From NCBI GenBank assembly GCA_963676565.1, contig OY781089.1, positions 992,001 through 1,056,000 of the forward strand: a stretch of 64,000 nt of DNA, in the 5' to 3' direction. A model generated the notes under the pieces. It was not told the DNA's origin and searched no databases. It worked only from the letters and a program-made list of their open reading frames with translations. Position numbers and translations under genes: made by a program. Numbering within the stretch: the first letter of the stretch is position 1; every line of letters begins with the position of its first letter. Positions 32,764 to 41,550 of this stretch are shown piece after piece. This DNA comes from Halarcobacter sp. GTDB taxonomy: Bacteria > Campylobacterota > Campylobacteria > Campylobacterales > Arcobacteraceae.

Positions 32764-33081
32764 ATGTCTAAATATATAGATTTAACACAAGAAAATTTTG
32801 AAGAAACTACAAACTCAGGTATTTCACTTGTAGACTTTTGGGCTCCATGGTGTGGACCTTGTAGAATGTTAGCTCCAGTGATTGAACAATTAGCAGAAGA
32901 GTTTGATGGAAAAGCAAAGATTTGTAAAGTAAATTCTGATGAAGAACAAGACTTATCAGTTAAATATGGTATCAGATCAATTCCAACCATGCTATTTATG
33001 AGAGATGGAGAAGTTGTAGATCAATTAATTGGTGCTCAATCAAAACAAGCTATTGCAGATAAAATCAACTCGTTAATATAA
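32764..33081 (+). CDS. trxA: Thioredoxin (copy 2)
   Basis: WAPWCGPC; 81/105 aa identical to copy 1 by manual count. Confidence 0.96.
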   Translation: MSKYIDLTQENFEETTNSGISLVDFWAPWCGPCRMLAPVIEQLAEEFDGKAKICKVNSDEEQDLSVKYGIRSIPTMLFMRDGEVVDQLIGAQSKQAIADKINSLI

Positions 33082-33110
33082 AACTTATTGAATAAATCTA
33101 AACAATTATT

Positions 33111-33143
33111 AAAAAAGGATAGTCTTTACTATCCTTTTTTTTT
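33111..33143 (+). terminator. Rho-independent terminator after trxA copy 2
   Basis: AAGGATAGT-cttt-ACTATCCTT plus T run, A run upstream. Confidence 0.8.
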
Positions 33144-33191
33144 GCTTAAAATTTATAATTAAACTTCAAAATTACGGTAAATATTAAAAAA

Positions 33192-33223
33192 GCCACACTA
33201 AAGTCACATTACAATTTTAAAAT
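33192..33223 (+). promoter_or_regulatory. Tandem box GCCAC-N6-GTCAC, 10 nt, then TAAAAT (-10)
   Basis: 11-nt period typical of OmpR/PhoB-family sites; same geometry upstream of frdC. Confidence 0.55.
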
Positions 33224-33261
33224 TTCACTATAAAAAGAAAATTATATTGAAAGGATATATT

Positions 33262-34668
33262 ATGAGCAATACAGTAAAAATGGTTATACCAATTTTAGTA
33301 GCCGTGATTGTTGCGCTTCTACCAACGCCAGAAGGTTTAGCTGTGAACGCACACTACTTCTTTGCAGTGTTTTTAGGGGTAATTGTAGGTTTAATTTTGG
33401 AGCCAATTCCACCAGCGTTAATTGGTTTAACAGGTGTAGCTTTCTGTGCTACTTTTGGTTTAGTTGGAGACTCTGCAAAAGCAGCAAGATCTTGGGCTTT
33501 AAGTGGTTTCTCTAATGGAGTTATTTGGTTAATCTTTGCAGCGTTTATGTTTGCTCTTGGTTATAAAAAATCAGGACTTGGTAAAAGATTATCATTGATG
33601 CTAGTTAAAAAACTAGGTAAAACATCACTAGGTTTAGGATATGCAGTAGCATTTGCAGATGGTATCTTAGCACCATTTATGCCTTCAAATACAGCAAGAA
33701 GTGCAGGTACTATTTTCCCAATCGCTATTAATATCCCACAAATGTTTAACTCATTACCAGATAATGAGCCAAGAAAAATTGGTTCTTATATCTCATGGGT
33801 AGCAATTGCAGCAACAACTGTTACAAGTTCTATGTTCTTAACAGCTCTTGCTCCAAACTTACTAGCAGTTTCACTTGTTGAAAAAAATGTAGGTATTGCA
33901 ATTGAATGGGGAACTTGGTTTAGTACATTAGCTGTAATCATGATTCCATTGTTCTTATTAGTTCCAGTGTTAACATATATTGTTTACCCACCAGAACAAA
34001 AAACTTCTCCTGAAGCTCCAGCATGGGCAGCAAAAGAGTTAGAAAAAATGGGTTCAATTACTAAAAAAGAGATTTTAATGTTATGCTTTGGTCTTTTAGC
34101 TTTAGCTATGTGGATTTTTGGTAAACAAATTGGAGTTAATAGTACAACTGCAGCAATCGCAGTATTATGTTTACTTGTTCTTTCAAATGTAATTACTTGG
34201 GAAGATGTTATAACAAATAAAGGGGCTGTAAATGTATTTATTTGGTTTGCTACTTTAGTTGCTATGGCAGCAGGACTTAAAAAAGTTGGTTTCTTAAAAT
34301 GGGCAGCAGGGTTAATCTCTGGAGGTTTAGTTGGAATGGATCCGGTTACAATTGCAATAGTACTTGTGATTTTATTCTTCTTGTTCCACTATTTCTTTGC
34401 AAGTGTAACAGCTCACACAGTGGCTTTATTACCACTTTTCTTAGGAGTAGCAACTAACCTTTTACCTATTGAGATGATTCAACCATTATCAATCTTACTT
34501 GTAGGTTCATTAGGATTAATGGGAATTATCACTCCATATGGTACAGGTCCTTCACCAATTTGGTATGGAGCAGGATATATATCACAAGCTAAATGGTGGT
34601 TCTTAGGAGCAATCTTCGGTGGTGTTTATTTACTTGCTTTAGTTGGATTAGGATTTGTTATCCTTTAA
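33262..34668 (+). CDS. DASS-family di/tricarboxylate transporter (CitT/TtdT/YbhI-like)
   Basis: GLGKRL, PSNTARS, SSMFLTALAPN, HYFFASVTAH, TPYGTGPSP; ATG 33262 with AAGGA RBS. Confidence 0.92.
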   Translation: MSNTVKMVIPILVAVIVALLPTPEGLAVNAHYFFAVFLGVIVGLILEPIPPALIGLTGVAFCATFGLVGDSAKAARSWALSGFSNGVIWLIFAAFMFALGYKKSGLGKRLSLMLVKKLGKTSLGLGYAVAFADGILAPFMPSNTARSAGTIFPIAINIPQMFNSLPDNEPRKIGSYISWVAIAATTVTSSMFLTALAPNLLAVSLVEKNVGIAIEWGTWFSTLAVIMIPLFLLVPVLTYIVYPPEQKTSPEAPAWAAKELEKMGSITKKEILMLCFGLLALAMWIFGKQIGVNSTTAAIAVLCLLVLSNVITWEDVITNKGAVNVFIWFATLVAMAAGLKKVGFLKWAAGLISGGLVGMDPVTIAIVLVILFFLFHYFFASVTAHTVALLPLFLGVATNLLPIEMIQPLSILLVGSLGLMGIITPYGTGPSPIWYGAGYISQAKWWFLGAIFGGVYLLALVGLGFVIL

Positions 34669-34687
34669 TCTGAAGAGAAAAATTATG

Positions 34688-34721
34688 AAAAAAGGTGTCA
34701 AGGAATTGGCACCTTTTTTTT
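34688..34721 (+). terminator. Rho-independent terminator after the DASS gene
   Basis: AAGGTGTCAA-ggaa-TTGGCACCTT plus T run. Confidence 0.8.
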
Positions 34722-34749
34722 ATTAAATTTCCACTATAATATTTCTAAT

Positions 34750-36951
34750 ATGAAGAAGTTAATTTTTTTACTAATTTTCCCAATTTTTTTATTTGCCAAT
34801 AGTAAGATTCTTATTATAAATTCTTATCACAAGGGTTATGAATTTAGTGATAGTATTGTAAAAGGAATTGAAGAGGTTATTTATCCTCATACAAATATGG
34901 ATATTAATACATTATATATGGACTCTAAAAGGGTTGCCTCAAAAGAATATTTTCAAAATCTTGAAAAACTTTATAGTGTACAATTAAAAGATAGAGAGTA
35001 TGATTTAATCATTGCAATTGATAGATTTGCTTATGATTTTGTCTTAGATGTTCATAAAAAGTTTTTTAAAGGTAAACCTATTTTAGCTGTTGGTATAGAG
35101 AATTTTTATGAAGAAAAAGCAATAAGGTATGGTGTAAAAGATAAAGTTTCAGCTTTATTGGAAAGAAGAGACTTAAAATCTAATGTTAAAGTTATAAAAA
35201 GATTAATACCAAATTTAAAAAAGCTTTATATTATAAATGATAAAAGTGAAAATGCCTTACATACAGAACCTTTGATACAAGAACTTTTTAAAGATTTTGA
35301 TGAAGATTATGAATTAATCTATTTAAAAGAGGATGATTTAGAAAGTTTAAGAAGAAGATTTTCCATTGAAGATGAAAATAGTGCAGCATTATTTATAAGG
35401 TTTTACAAAAATAAAGATGGTAAATTAAACAACAATAGAGAGATAGAAAACTTTATAGACAATTCAAAAATTCCTATTTTTATAACCGATTCTATTTTTA
35501 TTAAAAAAGGTGCAGTTGGTGGGAGAATTGTAGATTTGTATAGGTTTGGTAAAACTTCTGGTGAAATGGCTCTAGATATTTTATATGGTAAGGGTCATAA
35601 GATTGTTACATTTGAAGATTTAAATTATGTATTTGATTCAAAAAAATTAGTACAATTTATTCTTCCTGTTGATGTTTTAAATGTTGATTATGAAATAGTA
35701 AATAAAAGGGAGACTTTTTATGATAAAAATAGAGGTTTTATAGAGGTTGTATTTAAACTTATCCCTTTATTATTATTCCTTATTTTAGGACTTATTCATA
35801 ATATTTATAAAAGAAAACAAACAGAAAAAGAGTTAAGACAAAGAATTGATTTTGATGCAGTTTTATTAAATGCAATTGATAGCCCAATATTTTGGCAGGA
35901 TGAAAAGGGTTTTATTGTAGATTCAAATTCACAATTTTGTTCCTTATTAAAAATTAAATGCGATAAAATATATGGATGTGATGAAATATATGGAAAAAAA
36001 CTTGAAGATTTTTCTTCCAATCCAAATGTTTTACTTATAATAGATGTTTTAGAAAAATATAAACAAAATAAAAAAGAAAACTATGAATTTAAGTTTTATG
36101 ATTTAATGGGAGAAAAGAAATTTTATCTTTTAAAGCAGGAAAAATTTGAAGATAAAAAGTCTAAAACAGAAGGTACTGTTACAATTTTTACTGATGTAAC
36201 TAAAGAAAGAGAAGTTGCAATGGAGAAACAAAGAAATAGGCAATTTGTAATTCAACAAAGCAAATTAGCAGAGATTGGTGAGGTGTTTTCATCAATTGCC
36301 CACCAATGGAAATCTCCTCTTATAGAAATTACAGCAATTGCTCAAGAGCTTTTTTATTCTAGAAGATGTAATGATTGTAATAAAAATGAAAGAGAGGATG
36401 AAAGTTTTGTAAAAGATATTATGAATCAAGTTACATATATGACAAATACTATCAATGATTTCCAAAAATTTATCATGCCTTCTAATAAAAAGAAAGAATT
36501 TAACATTCATGATGCAGTAAAATCTGTTTTAGAGATTATAAATCATAATATAAAATACAATAATATTAAAATTAATATAGATGTGAAAGAGGGTACAAAA
36601 CTAAATGTTATTGGGTACAAAAATGAGATAATGCAATCTTTTTTAAATATTGTTAATAATGCGAAAGATGCACTTTTAGAAAAAAATAATTATAAAAATA
36701 GAAATATTGAAATAAAACTTTTTAATGAAAATAGATATTTAGTTATCACAATAAAAGATAATGCAGGTGGTATTGATGAAAAATCATTAAATGAGATTTT
36801 TAATCCATACTTCACCACAAAAGAGCAGGGACATGGGATTGGACTATATATGAGTAAGGTTATCATTGAAGATAAAATGGGTGGAAGCATTTTTGTTAAA
36901 AATGTTGAAAACGGGGCAATGTTTACAATAAGATTGGATCAAAGTATATGA
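34750..36951 (+). CDS. Sensor histidine kinase (periplasmic binding-protein-like sensor, PAS, HisKA, HATPase)
   Basis: ILIINSYHKGY sensor start; TM helix; PAS (DSPIFWQD...N); H box AHQWKSPL; NAKDA, DNAGGI, FNPYFTTK, GHGIGL. Confidence 0.93.
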   Translation: MKKLIFLLIFPIFLFANSKILIINSYHKGYEFSDSIVKGIEEVIYPHTNMDINTLYMDSKRVASKEYFQNLEKLYSVQLKDREYDLIIAIDRFAYDFVLDVHKKFFKGKPILAVGIENFYEEKAIRYGVKDKVSALLERRDLKSNVKVIKRLIPNLKKLYIINDKSENALHTEPLIQELFKDFDEDYELIYLKEDDLESLRRRFSIEDENSAALFIRFYKNKDGKLNNNREIENFIDNSKIPIFITDSIFIKKGAVGGRIVDLYRFGKTSGEMALDILYGKGHKIVTFEDLNYVFDSKKLVQFILPVDVLNVDYEIVNKRETFYDKNRGFIEVVFKLIPLLLFLILGLIHNIYKRKQTEKELRQRIDFDAVLLNAIDSPIFWQDEKGFIVDSNSQFCSLLKIKCDKIYGCDEIYGKKLEDFSSNPNVLLIIDVLEKYKQNKKENYEFKFYDLMGEKKFYLLKQEKFEDKKSKTEGTVTIFTDVTKEREVAMEKQRNRQFVIQQSKLAEIGEVFSSIAHQWKSPLIEITAIAQELFYSRRCNDCNKNEREDESFVKDIMNQVTYMTNTINDFQKFIMPSNKKKEFNIHDAVKSVLEIINHNIKYNNIKINIDVKEGTKLNVIGYKNEIMQSFLNIVNNAKDALLEKNNYKNRNIEIKLFNENRYLVITIKDNAGGIDEKSLNEIFNPYFTTKEQGHGIGLYMSKVIIEDKMGGSIFVKNVENGAMFTIRLDQSI

Positions 36952-37604
36952 AAATATTAGTTTTAGAAGATAATAAAAGTTTGTCAAGTGTTATGGAAAA
37001 AGCGCTTACATCAGAGGGGTATAAAGTTGATTGTTTTTATGATGGTGATGATGCTGCAGATGCAATAGAAAATGGATATGGTTGTTTTATTTTAGACATA
37101 AATGTACCAAACTTAGATGGTATTTCAATCCTAGAATATATTAGAATGAACCATCCTGATACACCAGTTATCATAATAAGTGCAAATCATGATTTAGAAA
37201 AAATTGAGAAATCATACTCTTTTGGATGTGATGATTATTTAAAAAAGCCATTTTATATTTTAGAGCTTGTTCAAAAGGTCAAAAAACTTTGTGCTTTACA
37301 AGAACAGTATCTAAAATTTGATGATGAGTTTAAATTTGATTTTAAAAATAGAGTTTTATATAAAAATGGTGTAGAGTTAGAACTTACAAAAAAAGAGATA
37401 CTTTTTATAGAACTTTTTTCAAATGATTTACACCGTTTGGCAACATATGAAGTTATTGAAGAATATGTTTGGGAAGGTGAAGAGACAAATTTAATAAATA
37501 TAAGGGCAATGATTAAAAGATTAAGGAAAAAACTTCCTGAAGATGCTATAACTATTGTTAAAGGTTTAGGTTACTCTTTAAATAAAAATGTTTCATTTGA
37601 ATAA
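36948..37604 (+). CDS. OmpR-family response regulator
   Basis: ILVLED, LDINVP, DDYLKKPF, winged helix with LRKKL and GLGY. Confidence 0.95.
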   Translation: MKILVLEDNKSLSSVMEKALTSEGYKVDCFYDGDDAADAIENGYGCFILDINVPNLDGISILEYIRMNHPDTPVIIISANHDLEKIEKSYSFGCDDYLKKPFYILELVQKVKKLCALQEQYLKFDDEFKFDFKNRVLYKNGVELELTKKEILFIELFSNDLHRLATYEVIEEYVWEGEETNLINIRAMIKRLRKKLPEDAITIVKGLGYSLNKNVSFE

Positions 37605-37677
37605 ATCTTATATTAGTTTTATTAATAAATGATTAATAATCCAAGTATATAATTCTCGTATATATTTGGAGGTTTCT

Positions 37678-38376
37678 ATGATTGAAGCAAAAAACTTAAA
37701 AAAAGTCTACAAAGTAGGTGAATTAGATCTTACTGTAATTAATGATTTATCTATATCTATAAAAGAGGGTGAATTTATATCTTTAATTGGTCCAAGTGGA
37801 AGTGGAAAATCTACTGTACTTAATATGCTTGGTTGTTTAGATACTCCAACTTCAGGAAATATAACTATAAATAATCAAGATATTACAAATTTAAATAAAA
37901 CGCAGCTTGCAAATTTTAGAGGTGAGCATATAGGTTTTATCTTTCAAAGTTTTAATCTTATTCCAGTTTTAACAGTTTATGAAAATATAGAGTATCCTCT
38001 TATAATGATTCAAAATTTAGCTGAAAATGAAAGAAAAATGAGAATAGAAAAACTTCTCAAAGAAGTTGGAATGTTTGAACAAAAGGATAAAACACCTGAT
38101 AAAATATCAGGGGGTCAAATGCAAAGAGTTGCCATAGCTAGAGCATTAGTTACTAATCCTAAAATCGTTTTTGCAGATGAGCCAACTGCAAATTTAGATA
38201 GTAAAACTGCACATATGATTATTGATTTAATGAAAAAGATTCAAAAAGAGCATAATACTACATTTATATTTGCAACCCATGATGAAAAAATTGTTGAAAA
38301 TGTGGATAGGTTAATAACTTTAATTGATGGTAATATTGTTGAAGATATTTATACTAAAAGTGGAGTGTCAAAATGA
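37678..38376 (+). CDS. ABC transporter ATP-binding protein (LolD/MacB-like)
   Basis: GPSGSGKST, IGFIFQSFNL, ISGGQMQRVAIARAL, ADEPTANLD; ATG 37678 with GGAGG RBS. Confidence 0.95.
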   Translation: MIEAKNLKKVYKVGELDLTVINDLSISIKEGEFISLIGPSGSGKSTVLNMLGCLDTPTSGNITINNQDITNLNKTQLANFRGEHIGFIFQSFNLIPVLTVYENIEYPLIMIQNLAENERKMRIEKLLKEVGMFEQKDKTPDKISGGQMQRVAIARALVTNPKIVFADEPTANLDSKTAHMIIDLMKKIQKEHNTTFIFATHDEKIVENVDRLITLIDGNIVEDIYTKSGVSK

Positions 38377-39605
38377 ATAATATACTAAAAATTTCATATA
38401 GAAATTTAAAAAGAAACCATAGACGAACATTGTTGACATCAAGTTTAATTACACTAGGTGTAATCTTTGTATTAGTATATATAGCACTTTCTGGAAGTTT
38501 TAAAGCTTATATGGTTAGTCAGATTACTGATTCTTCAATGGGACATATACAAATACACAAAAAAGGATTTGTTGCTAGTGTTGAAAATCTTCCTTTAGAT
38601 AAGAATTTAAATGAAAAAGCTTTAAATTTTATTGAGAAATATTTAAATGAAAGTAAATATGTTGAAAGTTATTCATACAGAATAAAATTTGGTGCAACTT
38701 TTTCAAATTTTGAAAGTACAACAAATATAAGATTAAATGCAATAGATCCTAAAATGGAGTTTGCTACACTTCCTGCATTAAAAGATAGATTAGTTGATTT
38801 TAAAGGTTTACAAAAAGGTGAGATAATAGTTCCCGACCTTATTGCAAAAGGGATGAAAGTAAAAAATGGTGATCCAATTGTTCTTGTTGCAAATAATAAA
38901 AAAGGTAGTGTTAACGGTATTAATCTAAAAGTATCAGGATTGGTTGAAAGAATTAGTGGTCCTGGAGGAAGAGATGGTTATATTCATCTAGATGATGCCA
39001 AAAAAATATTAAGAATTGATGGTGTTGAGGTCAGTGAAATTTTAGTTAGATTAAAAGATAACAATAAATTAGAAGAGGCAGTAAAAGAGTTGAATCCAAT
39101 ACTTGAAAAATTAAATCAAAGTGGAAAACCTGCTTTTGAAATTCATACTTGGCAACAGTTAAGTCCATTTTATAACATTATAAAGATGCTTGATATTATG
39201 AATATTGCCATACAAATTATTCTAATTTCTATTGTACTAATCTCTATTTTAAATGTGATGATTATGAGTGTATATGAGAGAATTAAAGAGATCGGAACTA
39301 TTTCAGCTATGGGAACACCTCCAAAAACAATAGTAAAACTTTTTTTAACAGAAGGTTTATTACTTGGAATATTAGGGGCAGTTCTTGGTGGTATAGTTTC
39401 ATTTTTAATAGTTCAAGGTCTTGATATGGCACAAATCACTTATAGTTTTGGTAGAGAAAGTGATTTAATACTTGAACCTATATTAAAGTTTAGTGATATA
39501 GTTGTAGTTGGAATGATTGTTATATTTATCTCATTAATAGCTTCAATTAGTCCAGCTATAAAAGCTTCAAAATTAGACCCAGTAGAAGCTTTAAGAACAA
39601 ATTAG
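38373..39605 (+). CDS. ABC permease, FtsX/LolC-E family
   Basis: RNLKRNHRRTLLT, ERIKEIGT..AMG, ASKLDPVEALR. Confidence 0.92.
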   Translation: MNNILKISYRNLKRNHRRTLLTSSLITLGVIFVLVYIALSGSFKAYMVSQITDSSMGHIQIHKKGFVASVENLPLDKNLNEKALNFIEKYLNESKYVESYSYRIKFGATFSNFESTTNIRLNAIDPKMEFATLPALKDRLVDFKGLQKGEIIVPDLIAKGMKVKNGDPIVLVANNKKGSVNGINLKVSGLVERISGPGGRDGYIHLDDAKKILRIDGVEVSEILVRLKDNNKLEEAVKELNPILEKLNQSGKPAFEIHTWQQLSPFYNIIKMLDIMNIAIQIILISIVLISILNVMIMSVYERIKEIGTISAMGTPPKTIVKLFLTEGLLLGILGAVLGGIVSFLIVQGLDMAQITYSFGRESDLILEPILKFSDIVVVGMIVIFISLIASISPAIKASKLDPVEALRTN

Positions 39606-39613
39606 GAGTATTT

Positions 39614-40327
39614 ATGAAAAATCTATTATTTATATGTTTATTTTTAGGTTCAATGTTTGCGCAAAATATACTTGAACAAGTTGATGAAAAAATGGCTCCA
39701 GGAAGCAGTGAAAGTTATAAAAAATTAGTTAATATTGAACCAGATGGAACCAAAAAAGAGTTTTTACTTTATCAAGCTAGAAAAGGTAGTAACAAAATGG
39801 TATCTGCTTTTCTAAAACCAGAATCAGAAAAAGGAAGAACAACATTAAGAGTTGATGATAATATGTGGCTTTATTTACCTGATGTTGGTAGAGCAATTAG
39901 AATCACTTCAATGCAAAGTGTGATTGGTGGGGTTTTTAATAACTCAGATATCATGAGACTTGATTTTGCAACAGAGTATGATATTGTATCTCAAAAAGAT
40001 AATAATGATGAAATTCTAGTTGAAACAAAAGCAAAAACAGATACAGTTGCTTATGATAAATTATTAATGAAAATTGACAAAAAAACACTTACTCCAAAAG
40101 AGATTGAGTGTTTTGCTTCAACAGGGATGTTAATAAAAACAATCTATTATAAAGATATAAAAGATTTTGGAAATGGAATAATTAGACCAGCAGTAATGGA
40201 GACAAAAAGTCCACTTTATAAAGGATATACTTCAATTATGGTTTATGGAAAGATTGAACCAAAAGAGTTTAGTGATGAAGCTTTTACTTTGGATAATCTT
40301 TCAAAAGTAGAAAATTTAAGAAGATAA
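39614..40327 (+). CDS. LolA-like periplasmic lipoprotein-sorting family protein
   Basis: Signal peptide; FLKPESEKG, MWLYLP, FNNSD, FTLDNL; follows the Lol-like ABC genes. Confidence 0.8.
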   Translation: MKNLLFICLFLGSMFAQNILEQVDEKMAPGSSESYKKLVNIEPDGTKKEFLLYQARKGSNKMVSAFLKPESEKGRTTLRVDDNMWLYLPDVGRAIRITSMQSVIGGVFNNSDIMRLDFATEYDIVSQKDNNDEILVETKAKTDTVAYDKLLMKIDKKTLTPKEIECFASTGMLIKTIYYKDIKDFGNGIIRPAVMETKSPLYKGYTSIMVYGKIEPKEFSDEAFTLDNLSKVENLRR

Positions 40328-40331
40328 AAGG

Positions 40332-41420
40332 ATGAAGAAAAGCTATTGTCTTCTTAGTCTTATTGTTTCTTTTAGTTTTGCAAATGATTATGAATTTAGT
40401 TTTGATGAACTTGAAACAATGGAGACAAAATCTTATGAATATAGTGGATATATACAAGGTGAATATAAATATCAATCACTAGATGAAGGTTCTCAAAATA
40501 GTTATTTAGGAGAACTTTTTTTTAACTATAAATATTTTGTTGAAGATTATTCTTTTTATATTGATTTATTAGGAAATTATGAAAATATAAATCATAAAGA
40601 AGATTTTGAAGCTTTAATTAATCAAGGCTTTCTTAACTATAAATATAATGAAAATCATCAAATATATATAGGTAAGAAAACTCCAAAATGGGGTAAAGGC
40701 TACTATGTAAATCCACTTGCTTTTATTGATAGAAAAAAAGATCCCAATGACCCTGAAGGAAGCAGGGAGGGGTTTAGTCAAATAAATTATCAATACAATA
40801 AGGTTTTTAATAGTACTTTAAATAATATTTCTTTTGACATGGTGTATCTTAAAACAACTAAAGATGTGAATGATTATTTTTATAATGGCGAAGATTCAGA
40901 TATTTTGGCCTTAAAAACATATTTTCTTTATAATGATATTGACATTGATTTAGTCTATTTATATAGTAGTAAAGATGAAGATAAATTTGGTTTTGATTTT
41001 TCAACAAACCTTCAATCAAATTTTGAAATACATGGAGAGTATGGAAGATTTGATAATGGTTATTATTCATATCTTTTAGGATTAAAATATTTAACAGAAA
41101 ATGATTTAACAATTCTTAGTGAATTTTATTATCAAAATGAAACTCAAAGTAATAATACAGCTTTTTGGGATAAAAGATATTTTATAAATTCATTTACCCA
41201 AAAAGAGCCACTAGATATTTTATATACTAGTATTTACTATAAAAATATTTTAAATATTGATGATAACTCTCATCAGAATAGAGCTGGATTTATATATACA
41301 GGTATTAAAAATCTTGATATTGATTTTTCTTTTACAAAAAATATTGGAAATAAAATAAGTGAATATGGGAAAAAACCTGTAAATGAAAATTATTGGCTTA
41401 GTTTAAAATATAGTTTTTAA
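40332..41420 (+). CDS. Putative outer-membrane beta-barrel protein
   Basis: Signal peptide; Tyr/Phe-rich alternating strands; GK...WG..Y..NP; ends WLSLKYSF (BAM-type signal). Confidence 0.65.
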   Translation: MKKSYCLLSLIVSFSFANDYEFSFDELETMETKSYEYSGYIQGEYKYQSLDEGSQNSYLGELFFNYKYFVEDYSFYIDLLGNYENINHKEDFEALINQGFLNYKYNENHQIYIGKKTPKWGKGYYVNPLAFIDRKKDPNDPEGSREGFSQINYQYNKVFNSTLNNISFDMVYLKTTKDVNDYFYNGEDSDILALKTYFLYNDIDIDLVYLYSSKDEDKFGFDFSTNLQSNFEIHGEYGRFDNGYYSYLLGLKYLTENDLTILSEFYYQNETQSNNTAFWDKRYFINSFTQKEPLDILYTSIYYKNILNIDDNSHQNRAGFIYTGIKNLDIDFSFTKNIGNKISEYGKKPVNENYWLSLKYSF

Positions 41421-41422
41421 AT

Positions 41423-41457
41423 AAAAAAGCCTTGGAAAGAGAGAGTTTTCCAAGGCT
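41423..41457 (-). terminator. Rho-independent terminator for minus-strand transcripts (frdCAB-fum side)
   Basis: 11-bp stem AGCCTTGGAAA/TTTCCAAGGCT; A6 on the plus strand gives the U tail on the minus strand. Confidence 0.8.
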
Positions 41458-41550
41458 ATATTAAAATCAATAGGGGGTATATTTTTATTTTCTTTTTATC
41501 ACCTCCTTGTTTTTGGGATGTGTCTTAAGAAAATCTTTTAATCTTTTAGA

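Noticed and set aside
41498..41508. ATCACCTCCTT, identical to the 16S rRNA 3' end
   Set aside because: No flanking rRNA sequence, so not an rRNA fragment; treated as an SD/anti-SD motif instead
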